Source: the human T2T-CHM13v2.0 reference genome, Homo sapiens
Direction: 5' to 3' (one strand)
Length of the DNA: 64,000 bases
Assembly: GCF_009914755.1 (NCBI RefSeq)
Contig: NC_060931.1
A model generated the notes under the pieces. It was not told the origin of the DNA. It ran no database searches and was given only the letters and a program-made list of their open reading frames with translations. Within the stretch, counting starts at the first letter, position 1. Every line of letters starts with the position of its first letter. Below, piece after piece: positions 28,318 to 42,621 of the stretch. Both the position numbers and the translations under genes were made by a program.

Positions 28318-29260
28318 AAAAACTCATTTTCAATGCTATATATAATAATTTGGTTCTTATAAGAGCAGACAGAAGCCTACTTAGTCCTATAATATAACTG
28401 AAATTAAGACAGAGGTCATGAAGAAGCTGTGAATACAAATGAGAGGGAGACAAGGCTATTTCTGTGTAGACATTATTTGTACCAAGTGATTTTAAGGTGG
28501 GGACCATGTGTATCTCCAGTCTGAATGGCAGACTGAAGATCTGTTTACCAGGAAAATTCTGGGTTTGCCCATGTGCTCTCCACAAACAGTGCTGTTCAAG
28601 GAGTCTTTCCCCAGAGAGAAATCTATTATCTTGTCTTTTGTGATAAGGATTTCCCTAATATTTTTATTGTACACACAGACACATGCACATACTACTCTTA
28701 TTTATAAACTTTAAATTGCTAGAATCATACTTTATTCTTTCATTATTTGCTTCTTTCACACTACAGTAACTTTGTGAGATGTTCCTATGTTGATGTTCAC
28801 TGTTGTTCCACATCCTCTTCATTTCCATTTCCATATGAATTTTAGAATCACCTCATCAATTTCTACAAAAATATCTTCTAGGACTTAGATGGGAATTAGG
28901 TTGAATCTACTGATCAATTTGGAGAGAATCAACATCTTAACAATAATAAGTATTCTGACCCAATAACATTATTTAGTTGTTTAGTTTCAGCAATAGTTTG
29001 ACTGGAAGACTTTGTGTAGAATTGGTAATATTTATTTCTTAAGTGCTTAGGGAAATTCACCATTGAAGCCATTTGGGCCTGTAGTTTTCTTTGTGAAAAG
29101 GCTTTTTTAGCAACAAATTCAATTTCTCTAATAGATGTAAGGCTACTCAAATATACATTTCTTATTGAGTGAATTTTGTCAGTGTTTGTCTTTCAACAAA
29201 TTTGTCCACTTTGTTGAAATTGTTGAATTTTGTCACAGACTTGTTCTTAAAGTTGTTCTT

Positions 29261-31681
29261 TTTTTTTTTCAGAGCAGGATTGGAAGTTTATTTTAAAAGG
29301 CTTTAGAACAGGACAAAAAGAAAAGCACTGATATTGTCTGGCTGTGTCCCCACCCAAATCTCAACTTGAATTGTATCTCCCAGAAGTCCCATGTGTTGTG
29401 GGAGGGACCCAGGGGGAGGTAACTGAATCATGGGGGCCAGTCTTTCCCATGCTATTCTCATGATAATGAATAAGTCTCACAAGATCTGATGGGTTTATCA
29501 GGGGTTTCTGCTTTTGCTTCTTCCTCATTTTCTCTTGCCACCGCCATGTAAGAAGTGACTTTCACCTCCCACCATGATTCTGAGGCCTCCCGCCAGCCAT
29601 GTGAAACAATAAGTCCAGTTAAACTTCTTTTTCTTCCTAGTCTTGGGTGTGTCTTTATCAGCAGCATGAAAACAAACTAATGCGGTAAATTGATACCAGT
29701 ACATTGGGGCATTGCTGAAAAGATACCTGAAAATGTGGAAGTGACATTGGAACTGGGTAAGAGGCAGAGGTTGGAACAGTTTGGAGGGCTCAGAAGAAGA
29801 CAGGAAAATGTGGGAAAGTTTGCAGCTTCCTAGAGACTTGCTGAATGGCTTTGACCAAAAGCCTGATAGCAATATGGACAATAAGGTTCTAGCTGAGGTG
29901 GTCTCAGATGGTGATGAGGAACTTGTTGGGAACTGGAGCAAAGGTGACTCTTGTTGTGTTTTAGCAAAGAGACTGGTGGCATTTTGCCCCTGCCCTAGGG
30001 ATTTGTGAAACTTTGAACTTGAGAGAGATGATTTAGGGTATCTGGCAGAAGAAATTTCTAAGCAGCAAAACATTCAAGAGGTAACTTGGGTGCTGTTAAA
30101 GACATTCAGTTTTATAAGGGAAGCAGAGCATAAAAGTTCAGAAAATTTGCAGCCCGACAATGTGATAGAAAAGAAACACCTATTTTCTGCAAGCTGGCTG
30201 CAGAAATGTGCATAAGTAATGAGGAACCAAATGTTAATCCCCAGGACAATGGGGAAAATGTCTCCAGGCCACATCAGAGGTCTTCATGGTAGCCCCTCTC
30301 ATCACAGGTCCAGAGGCCTAGAAGAAAATGGTTTCCTGGGCCACTTCCTCCCATCACAGGCCCAGAGACCTAGAAGAAAAGGGTCCCTGTACTGTGTGCA
30401 GCCTAGGGACTTGGTGCCCTGTGTCCCAGTTACTCCAGCCATGGCTGAAAGGGGCCAATGTAGAACTCGGGCCGTAGCCTCAGAAGGTGTAAGCCCCAAG
30501 CCTTGGCAGCTTCCACTTGGTGTTGAGCCGGCAGGTGCACAATAGTCAAGAACTTGGGTTTGGGAACCTCCACCTAGATTTCAGAACATGTATGGAAATG
30601 CCTGGATGCCCAGACAGAAGTTTGCTGCAGGAGCAGGGCACTCATGTAGAACCTCTGCTAGGGCAGTGCAGACGGAAATGTGGGATCGGAGCCCCCACAC
30701 AGAGTCCCTACTAGGGCACCTCCCAGTGGAGCTGTGAGAAGAGGGCCACTGTCCTCCAGACCCTAGAATGGTAGATCCACCAACAGCTTGCACCGTTCAC
30801 CTGGAAAAGCTGCAGACACTCAGTGCCAGCCTGTGAAAGCAGCTGGGATGGAGGCTGTACCCTGCAAAGCGACAGGAGTGGAGCTGCCCAAGACCATGGG
30901 AACCCACCTCTTGCATCAGCGTGACCTGGATGTGAGACAGGGAGTCAAAGGAGATCATTTTGGAGCCCTAAAATTTGACTGCCCTGCTGGATTTCAGACT
31001 TGCATGGGCCCTGTAACCACTTTCTTTCAGCCAATTTCTCCCATTTGGAACAGCTATATTTACCCAATACTGATACCTCCATTGTATCTAGGAAGTTAAC
31101 TAGCTTACTTTTGATTTTATAGGCTTACAGGCGGTAGGGACTTGTCTTGTCTCAGATGAGACTTTGGACTGTGGACTTTTGGGTTAATACTGAAATGAAT
31201 TAAGACTTTGGGGGACTGTTGGGAAGGCATGATTGGTTTTGATATGTGAGGACATGAGATTTGAAAGGGCCAGGGATGGAATGATATGGTTCGGCTCTGT
31301 CCCCACCCAAATCTCAACTTGAATTGTATCTCTCAGAATTTCCATATGTTGTAGGAGGGACCCAGGAGGAGGTAATTAAATCATGGGGACTGGTGTTTCC
31401 CATGCTATTCTCATAATAGTGAATAAGTCTTGTGAGATCTGATGGGTTTATCAGGGGTTTCCACGTTTGCTTTTTCCTCATTTTCTCTCGCCGCCATCAT
31501 GTAAGAAGTGCCTTTCACCTCCTGCCATGATTCTGAGGCCTCCCCAGCTATGTGGAACTATAAGTCCAATTAAACCTCCTTTTCTTCCTAGTCTTGGGTA
31601 TGTCTTTATCAGCAGCGTGAAAATGGACTAATACAAGTACATTTGGAAGAGACTCAAGCAGGCACATGAAGGTCAGGTGCC
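29261..31681 (-). mobile_element. Polyadenylated retrocopy of an ERV LTR R-region (LTR9/MER61-like, tentative); pieces 29261-29328 and 31641-31681, split by THE1
   Basis: polyT, then reverse AATAAA (29287-29292) 17 nt from the tail; degenerate TSD cttaaagttgttctt (29246-29260) / cttaaaattttctt (31682-31695) followed by aa. Confidence 0.6.
29329..31635 (+). mobile_element. Complete THE1 (THE1A-like) MaLR element: LTR 29329-29684, internal 29685-31281, LTR 31282-31635
   Basis: Two direct ~355-bp LTRs, ~1.6 kb THE1 internal region, 5-bp TSD agcac/agtac. Confidence 0.95.
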
Positions 31682-31733
31682 CTTAAAATTTTCTTAATAT
31701 TCTCTTATTACCCTTTTAATATTTATAGAATCT

Positions 31734-32027
<294 letters not shown>

Positions 32028-33044
32028 ATAGAATCTATAGTGATGCCACCTCTTTTATTTTTAATATTTGTAAGCTGTGTCTTACCTATTTTCTCTGCTT
32101 AGTTTGGTTAGAACTTTATTAATTTTATGGATCTTCTCAAAGAACTAGCTTTTGGTTTTATTTATTTTCTCCATTATTTTCCTAATTTCTAGTTTATTAA
32201 TTTCCACCCTGAACTTTTATTTCCTTTCTTCTACTTCCTTTGATGTTAATTTGCTTTTCTTTTTCTAAGTTTCTTAAGATGGAAACCAAGATGTTGATTT
32301 GAAACCTGTGCTCTATTCTAACGTAGACATTTAATAAATTTCCTTCTAAAAATTGCTTTAAAAGACTCCCTCAAAATTAATGTGGTATGATTTTATTCTC
32401 ATTCCCTTGAAAATTCTTTATAATTTTTAAATTTCTTCTTTGATTGCATTTTTTGTTTCTTCTTTGAAATATAGATTATTTAAAGGGGTATAATTTGGTT
32501 TCCAAATATTTGGATATATTCCAGCGATCTTGCTGTTATAAATGTTTAATTTATTTTCATTACAGTCATATCACATACATCCCATGACTTTAACCCTTTT
32601 AAATTTATTGAGACTTGTTTCATGGCCCAGAATTGGGTCTACTGTGGCGAGTGATCCATGCACACCTGAGAAGGATGTGTGCTCTCCTGCTGTTGGCTGG
32701 AGTTCTCTGTGATAAAAAGTCGGTCAGGTTTGTTGATCCTATTGTTCTAGTGTTCTACATCCCTGTTTACTTATTCTATCCATTATTGAGAGAGAGGTAT
32801 GACAGTCTATAGCTATAATGATAGATTTTTCCATTTCTCTTTGCAGATCTATCGGTTTTTGTTTCATGTAGTTTGAAGCTCTGCTATTAAGTGCATAAAC
32901 ATTTAGGGTTATTATATTCTCTTGAGGGATTGACACCTATATCATTGTGAAATGATCCCTGTATCCCTGGTAATAGTATATGCTCTGAAATCTACTTTAT
33001 CTGATATTAACGTGCTCCTCTGGCTCTTTTATGACCCATATTAA

Positions 33045-33432
33045 TGTGATGTTTGGTGAATGATTTGATTTGCCCAAATTGAAGCCTGGTGTTTGTCTCC
33101 AGCTCCTGGAAGTGAACCTTTAAACCCTTGAAATGTCTTGAGTGATAGGAGTGTTTTTGTTATTTACGGTGGGTCCCTGGGACTATGCCTAGTATTTTAT
33201 GCTACAAATATAATTTGTGCTAAAAATATAACACGTGGCACAAAGGCCACATGTTACCAACCTGATCTCTGGGGGTGGGTGGCCTAGAGACTGAGTTCAA
33301 TGGGCCAGCAATGAAACAATCAATCATACCTACATAATGCAGCCACAGTAAAATCTCTGGTCAGCTTCCTAAGTTGGCAGTACTCCGTGTATATCATCAC
33401 ATGTGGATTCCAGGAGGGTAAAATACCCAGGA
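33045..33432 (+). mobile_element. ERVL LTR fragment (MER21/MER68/MER77 group)
   Basis: ctcctggaagtgaacctttaaacccttgaaatgtc...gagactgagttcaa...caatcaatcatacctacataatg resembles this group. Confidence 0.6.
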
Positions 33433-33439
33433 GCCCTGT

Positions 33440-33903
33440 GTGTTTCCTCAACTTGAGTGTGGACTGGGTTTAGTGACTTGCTTCTAGCAGAGAGAACGTG
33501 GCAGAGTTGAAGAGATGCCACCTTCAAAACTGGGTTACAAGAAGACTATGGCTTGTTTTGCCTCTTTCTTTTTCTCACTCATTCTAAGGGAAGCCGGCTG
33601 CCATGTTGCAAGCTGCCCTGTGGAGGGGCCCACATGACAAGGAACAATGTGTATGACACCAACTGCCAAGGGCCTGGGATCTGCCGTCAGTCACATGAGG
33701 GAACTTGAAAGTGGATCATTCCCATTTAGCTCTGAGATGACTGCATCTCTGGCTGACACTTTCATCACAGGCTTTCAAGAGACTCTGAGCCACAGGATAA
33801 AACTAAACCACACCTCGATTCTTGGCCCACAAAAACTATGGGATGTGTTAAGCTACTGAATTTGGGGGTAATTTGTTATACAATAAGAACTATCTAACAA
33901 CCA
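33440..33903 (+). mobile_element. MLT1 (E/F-like) MaLR LTR
   Basis: gtgacttgcttctagc...ctgccatgttg...ggcccacatgacaagga...tttgggggtaatttgttataca. Confidence 0.75.
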
Positions 33904-34053
33904 GATGTAAAAAATGAAGGAAGAAGAGGAGAAGAAGAAAACGGGGAAAGTAAAGAGGGGAGGAGGAAAGGAGAAAAGGATGGAGAGTGTGGAGAAGGAG
34001 GAGGAATAGGATATTATATTAATTAAGCCTTAAGCTCAATGATGCAAAAGTTC

Positions 34054-34209
34054 TGACTCAGACTGGACTAAAACAAGAAAGTTCATAATATACTGTAGGA
34101 GGAAGTCAAAAACAGGAAGAATAATAAGCTCATATGATTCAATGACTCAGTTGTGTCTTTCTATTTCAATATTGGCTTCATCCTCAGCCTTCTAGCAAGC
34201 TGACTCAGC
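34054..34209. promoter_or_regulatory. Cluster of three AP-1 sites, the third MARE/ARE-like
   Basis: TGACTCA at 34054, 34143 and 34201; the third reads GCTGACTCAGC. Confidence 0.35.
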
Positions 34210-34221
34210 CTGAATTTCCAG

Positions 34222-34910
34222 TGTGTTAGCTTGGGTTGCTGTAACCAACTACCACAGACTGGTGGCTTCAACAGCAGTCATTTTTTTCCCACAGTTCTGG
34301 AAGCTGGAAAACCCAAGATCAAGGTGCCAGCAGATATGCTTCTTGGTGAATTCTTTCTTCCTGGCTTATAGGCGGCCACCTCATGTGTATCCTCATAAGG
34401 TAGAGAGAGGGAGCTCTGGTGTCCCTCCATCTTCTTCTTCTTTTTTTTCTTCCTTTTGAAATGGAGTCTCGCTCTGTCGCCCAAGCTGGAGTGCGGTGGC
34501 GAGATCTTGGCTCACTATAAGCTCCGCCTTCTGGGTTCACGCCATTCTCCTGCCTCAGGCTCCCAAGTAGCTGTAACTACAGGTGCCCGTCACCATGCCC
34601 AGCTAATTTTTTTGTATTTTTGGTAGAGACGGGGTTTCACCATGTTAGCCAGGATGGTCTTGATCTCCTGACCTCCTGATCCGCCCGCCTCGGCCTCCCA
34701 AAGTGCTGGGATTACAGGCGTGAGCCACCGTGCCCAGCCCCCTCCATCTTCTTAGAAGGGCGCTAATCCCATCATGGGAGCCTCACCTTCATGACCTCGT
34801 CTATACCTAATTACTTCCCAAAGGCCCCACTTCCCAATGCATTGAAGGTTAGGGATTCAATATACAAATTTTAGGCAGGTTTCGGGGATGCAGAAATTCA
34901 GCCCATAGCA
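34222..34910 (-). mobile_element. MLT1A-like MaLR LTR interrupted by AluY
   Basis: taccacagactggtggctt...cacagttctggaagctgg...aattcagcccatagca. Confidence 0.85.
34437..34739 (-). mobile_element. AluY
   Basis: AluY diagnostics; TSD ccctccatcttctt (34423-34436 and 34740-34753). Confidence 0.97.
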
Positions 34911-35164
34911 TCCAACAGCTAGACAAAGAAGAGATATTGGTTCTTTGGTTTTCCCTAGAAGAAAGAAATGTCTTCTACCATCCCCCAGCTGATTTTATTT
35001 CTTGTCCCACTGCCCAGTCCTCAGGCACATGCCAGCGGCAATCACAGGCAAAGGCTCTGAGATTCATTCAACCTACTTGGGGCTGGAGATGGGGCCCCTT
35101 CCACTGAGGCCCTTGGCTACGAGGGGATGTGGAGGACCCCTAAGTAAAATTGTGTTCCTTAAGG

Positions 35165-35714
35165 CAGCAGTCCCCAACATTTTTGGCACCAGGGACTGGT
35201 TTCATTGAAGATAATTGTTCCATGGACCAGACTGGTATGGAGTGGCAGGTGATGGGTTTGGGATGATTCAAGTGCATTACACTTACTGTGCACTTTATCT
35301 CTATTATTATTACATTGTAATATAAAATGAAAGAATTATACAACTCACCATAATGTAGAATCAGTGGGAGCCCTGAGCTTGTTTTCCTGCAATTAGACAG
35401 TCCCACTGGGGGGTGATGGAAGACAACAGATCTTCAGGTATTAGATTCTCATAAGGATCAGGTATTAGATTCTCATAAGGAGTGCACAGACTAGATCCCT
35501 TACACGGGTAGTTCACAACAGAGTTCCAGCTCCTATGAGAATCTAATGCCACTGCTGATCTGACAGGAGGCAGAGCTCCAGCAGTAATGTGAGCAATGGG
35601 GAGTGGCTATAAATACAGATGAAGCTTTGCTTACTTGGCCACCCCTCACCTCCTCTAGGAGGTGTGCGGCCCTAGACAAGGCCGTGGACTGGTACTGGGG
35701 GTCAAGGACCCCTG
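35165..35714. mobile_element. MER1A-like hAT-Charlie MITE
   Basis: cagcagtccccaac...ggacccctg termini; 8-bp TSD ccttaagg/ctttaggg; internal 24-bp tandem duplication at 35434-35481. Confidence 0.9.
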
Positions 35715-36499
35715 CTTTAGGGCATGAAACAGACTGATAGCTACTGGTAGCTGCCAACGGTATGAATGAAGATGTTCAATTCTTCTACAGAAAAATTCTT
35801 CACCTTCACAGTTGATGGAATGTAGTAGAAATTTCTGTTTGACTCTTCCATGGTATCTTTCAGACTCACTGATTTATCTAAATATATATATTTTTTATGG
35901 AACTAGTCAGCCATACCCATCTTCAATCTTATAAGCAAAGAAATAACTTCTAAGGAATTTGTACGATGAAGACATATTTTTGAGCTGAGTGGCTCCTAAT
36001 CGCCCATTTTTCCTTGAGGGAGCATTTATTGAGTGTTTGTTGTGTGCTGGCAGTGGATTCCAGACTGAACAAAGCAGACACTGCCCCTGCTCCCGGAGAG
36101 CTTGCACCGCCTCCATGTACACACCATCCCGCTCTACTGCAGCTGTCCTGATCACCTAAGAAGTGATCATCAGATTCTACATTTTATAGCCCATAACATT
36201 TCCTCATTAATTCATTGAAGTTTAAACTTCTCATCCATGTGTGTGTAGCAAGCTTAGTTCTGCAAAAATGTTTGAAATTTGCCACTTCCTCTAAAAAAGA
36301 TATTTTCTTCTGTGATCATTAATTATAATAAAATGTGTTTACACTCTTGAGACTGAATTAACTGTCTCATTCTATTATCCCAATATTTATGCATTTGTAA
36401 TTTAGATAAGAATTATTAATACAATTTTACCATGAGCTGTATGAAACAGATCAAAAGTGACAGTAACAAGGCATATTATAAGAACCCTAAAGTATTCCT

Positions 36500-37612
<1,113 letters not shown>

Positions 37613-38499
37613 TATTTTCTATTGCTTAGTTTAAGCTGTTTGTAGAGCTTATGTATAAACTGCAGCAAATGCAGAAAGTCAATCAGTGGCCAATGGCACA
37701 GAACAGGCAGCACATTTCGGAATTTCAAAGCCCTGTGTGCGCTTATCTAATCACCTTAATATTTGGGTGCATCACACAATTTTTTAGACAATGTTCTAGT
37801 TTCTAATTATAAAAATCATGTGTGTTTCAGTTTTCACAGTTTCAACACCAAAGAAATGTATCTAGCACTCATGAGAAGGAATCAAGGAAGTCAATTTTGG
37901 AAAGTCAAAAATGACCATCCATCCTCACAACGCAGGGCATAAATTCTATGTCAGGTCTCCTTGCACATGCTCCACGTTCCTCATTACCCTATGGGTTCTT
38001 TCAAACCTCATCAGTCCTCGACCTGTGCCTTAAAGACAGCAGGTGTACAGCGGTAGAGGGAGAGCGGGAATGGACTCTGGGTCACTGGTCAAGCTGCCCA
38101 GCTGTGCACTGCACAAGAGGGAAATCCTCAGAGTAGATTGTGTGGATGATGGCAGGAAAGGGGGCCACTCCAGCCGCTCTGCTGGGACACTGTTGAGAGC
38201 CACACAGACCCCTAAGCTATTAAGTGGCAACAGAGGAGCCTCAGAGCCTATTTGTGGTGGGAGAAGAAAGAAAAAAGAAATTGCAAGATGGCTCAAGGCA
38301 ATTGCTAAACTTTTTTGGAGGACGTGGAAAACCGTGGAACTTCTCCCCAAGAAAGTACATAAACAAAAAGTCCTGCATTAAAATTCAGAGAGCCCTTGAG
38401 GCAGCTCTTGTTCTCAGACTGGCCATGGTTCATTAAAAGTTAACTGGACTCTTCTTCTCCAATACTGATTTCTCTGTTTCTAAATTTCTCACATATCTA

Positions 38500-38890
38500 G
38501 CACATCACTTTGTTTACAGAAAATAATTCTGCTAGGAAGTCAGGGCAAATATTGATCTCCTCATGTCTCAAACAGAGGGGAAAATTCACAGAAGCAAACT
38601 TTGGAAAGTCAAAATGAAAAGTGTAAGTGACTTGCCTGAGATCAGATGGTTATGTGGTGGCAATGCCGAGATGTTGAATTGCATTGAGCTGGAACTCAGA
38701 AAGTTTCGGTCAGGAGCAGGCACACCATGGTGCCAAATTAGCTTGGCTTTCGGAGTGGGGCACACCTAAATCTAAATGCCATTTGTGCACGTTGCCTAAG
38801 CCACCAGAAACTTTGTTTCCTTACCTCTGACAAGGGAATAACAATCTGCCACACAGGGGGCCCCAGGAGGGTTAAATGAGGTGAAAAGAA
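38500..38890. mobile_element. MIR fragments (both orientations)
   Basis: taagtgacttgcctgagatca and ctttgtttccttacctctgacaaggg...gggttaaatgag. Confidence 0.55.
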
Positions 38891-39429
38891 ATAATAGCTC
38901 AATCCCAAAACCAGCGCTCACCTGTGCCTACTGGTGGGGAATTCTCCCTATAACGAGTCACCTTGAGCTTTATTTAAGGGGCCTTCCTTGTTGAAATACT
39001 GAAATGTTACTAAGACTTTCACACAGTAATATTTCCAAATAAGAATTCTGTCTGTATTCCAGAAATTTGAGAGATGATAAAAAAGAAGAAACAAACAAAA
39101 TATTGGCTGATTTCTGAAATGAGCTCATCTCCTGGCCTGAAGTATGACATCTGATTACCCCTCTTCCAGCACAAGTTATTACACTCCTTTACTCAATTAT
39201 TGATGTTGTAAAATGCACTCGAATTTTATCTCTGTGATGCTGCTGCCTCCAATTCCCTTGCCTATTCGGGAAATGCATAAGGAAATAAAATTATAATTCT
39301 TACTTCTGAAGAAAAACCTGTTTTGAAGTTTGAAACTTGTGTCACTCATTGAAAAAGAAGCCCCCTATTTTTTATTCTAAAGAACTTGGAAAGAAGCATG
39401 TTTAATGTGTCAGGGACTCCCAGTGGCTC

Positions 39430-39828
39430 TACTTTGAGGACACACCGAGGATCTGACCACTTTTCATCACTGTGGTGGTCTTGTCCAGCTGAAACACCCT
39501 CGCCCCAATCACTGCACAGCCTTGGAACTGGTCTGCTTCCTTCCTCGACCCTCTGATATGCTCAGCCCGGCAGGCAGGCAGGGTGGTCCTAGAAAAACAT
39601 GCTTCAGATTCACTGCTGCTGTGTTCCACGTCTGTGAGAGCATGGTCTCTCATGCAGAGTAGACCTGGCCCAACAACAGCTCACAAGGCCCTGGTAACCA
39701 GCGTGCCCGCATCTCTCCCCTTCTCCACACTGGCTTGGTCCAGACACGTGGGCGTCCCAATGTTCTTCTACGATGCCAGCATACCCTAGCCTGGGATATT
39801 TATCCACTTGTCCCTGGCATATGCAAAC
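39430..39828 (+). mobile_element. L2 fragment (continues after the MLT2 to ~40640)
   Basis: L2-like degenerate sequence on both sides of the MLT2 insertion. Confidence 0.6.
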
Positions 39829-40522
39829 AGTGACGGTTAACTTAATGTGTCAACCTGAGTGGGATACAGGATGCCCAGATTCAACATTATTTTGGGGTGT
39901 GTGTGTGAAGGCATTTCTAGATGGGATTAGCATTTGAATTCGTGGACTCAGTAAAGCAGAGAGCCTTCCCCAATCCATTGGGGCATCTTTCAGTCCATGG
40001 AGGCGGACTCAAATAGAACAAAAGGCAGAGGAAAGAATTCACCCCTTTCTGCCCCTGCCTACCTGCCTGAACGGGGATGCTTCACCTCATCTTCTCTAGC
40101 CCTTGGACTCGGATTCACGCCACTGTCTCCTTGGTTCTCAAGTCTTGGGACTCATACGGAATTATATCACTGGCTTTCCTGCCTCTTCAGTCTGCAGATG
40201 GCAGATTCTGGGACTTCTCAGCCTCCTAATCATGTGATTATTCCTCATAATAAATCTCCATATATATATGTGTATATATATATGTATTATATATGTAAAG
40301 ATATAGATATCTCTTAGATATACAATATGTAAAATCTCCTTTTATATAAATTATATATAAACTTACATATCTGGAGATATACACAAACAGATAAGGATAT
40401 ATATGTATATATAGAAACAGATAAATGTGTATGTGTACATACACACACACACATATATATATACACACAAGGATATATGTACCTCTCCTATTGGTTTTGT
40501 TTCTTTGAAGAACCCTAATACA
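39829..40522 (+). mobile_element. MLT2 (ERVL) solo LTR with internal (TA)-rich expansion
   Basis: gtgacggttaacttaatgtgtcaac...gaaccctaataca; exact 5-bp TSD caaac (39824-39828 and 40523-40527). Confidence 0.92.
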
Positions 40523-40641
40523 CAAACTCTTTATCCAGATATCTGTACTCCTTACTCCCCAGGAATTTCAAGTCTTTGCTCAAATGTTAACTTTTCAAGG
40601 AGGTCCTCCCTGTCCACCCTCTATCTGAAATTGCACTATAA

Positions 40642-40968
<327 letters not shown>

Positions 40969-41162
40969 TAGCTTGCTCTACTCATGGTACCGTCATTCAT
41001 CAATTTTAGTGTAGAGATAATTTTCTATATTTTAATATCTCTAGAATTAGGATGGATCTTTACAAACCCTATCGTCAGGGAAAGGTGATGATATTGTTGC
41101 CATTGCTTGTAGATATACATCAAAACCTGTAGCATGGATGTCAGAGGCTTATGAGAAAAATA

Positions 41163-41514
<352 letters not shown>

Positions 41515-42071
41515 TAATTAAGCACTGTTAATGACATCAATCCTGACATTGTACTGGGAAAAAAATGATCTTGACTCTATTGGTGTTGAAATGTGATTCA
41601 GAAAAGCCAACCCTGGATGTGAAGACATTTCAGGAATGCAGAAACAAGTTTATTTCATTTGTATTTTCCTTTCAGCTTATTAACAAAATTGATATGTGGC
41701 AAAAATCATCAGTAGACACAAAGGGTTATTTTAATGAAATAAGGACTTAAGTAAAAATTAATATTTCAAATTTTAAGTGCCAAAATGTTGTTTCTTTTTC
41801 ATTGGTATAGGAAGCAATGGTCTTTATTACAGTCAATGACATTTTAGACTTGATAAAATATAGTATATGACTGATGTATTTTGTTGTTTATAACCTGTTG
41901 ACTTTGTTATTGTTAGTCCAAGGGCCCCGCAGAGAGTAAGCCTCAGGAAATAATAGCAGTTGTTGTTGTTGGAACACTCTTAGAATGCATCCAAGTCAGA
42001 CGTCCCAAGGAAGGTAATCTTGGGTTAAGTTTTGAAAGAGTGGCAACGTTTGTTTAAAATACTTTCCTCCC

Positions 42072-42621
42072 AAGTCTTTACTATTGTGAGTAGTGCTGCA
42101 ATAAACATACATGTGCATGTGTCTTTATAGCAGCATGATTTATATTCCTTTGGGTATATACCCAGTAATGGGATGGCTGGGTCAAATGGTATTTCTAGCC
42201 CAAATGTCCAACAATGATAGACTGGATTACAAAAATGTGGCACACATGCACCATGGAATACTATGCAGCCATAAAAATCATAAGTTCATGTCCTTTGTAG
42301 GGACATGGATAAAGCTGGAAACCATCATTCTCAGCAAACTACCGCAAGGACAAAAAACCAAACACTGCATGTTCTCACTCATATGTGGGAATTGAACAAT
42401 GAGAACACTTGGACACAGGAAGGGGAACATCACACACTGGGGCCTGTCGTGGGGTGGGGGACTGGCGGAGGGATAGCATTAGGAGATATACCTAATGTAA
42501 ATGACGAGTTACTGGGTGCAGCACACCAACATGGCACATGTATGCATATGTAACAAACCTGCATGTTGTGCACATGTACCCTAGAACTTAAAGTATAATA
42601 AAAAAAAATACATATATATAT
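42072..42621 (+). mobile_element. 5'-truncated, 5'-inverted L1PA (inverted 42072-42198, sense 42199-polyA)
   Basis: 15-bp TSD aaatactttcctccc (42057-42071 and 42622-42636) at a ttt/aaaa site; junction atttctag|cccaaatg. Confidence 0.95.

Noticed and set aside
29458-31317. Cluster of ORFs within THE1
   Set aside because: Fragmented MaLR internal and LTR sequence with multiple stops; no intact gag or pol
38043-38381. 112-aa ORF in non-repeat sequence
   Set aside because: No recognisable homology, non-ATG start, and length within chance expectation
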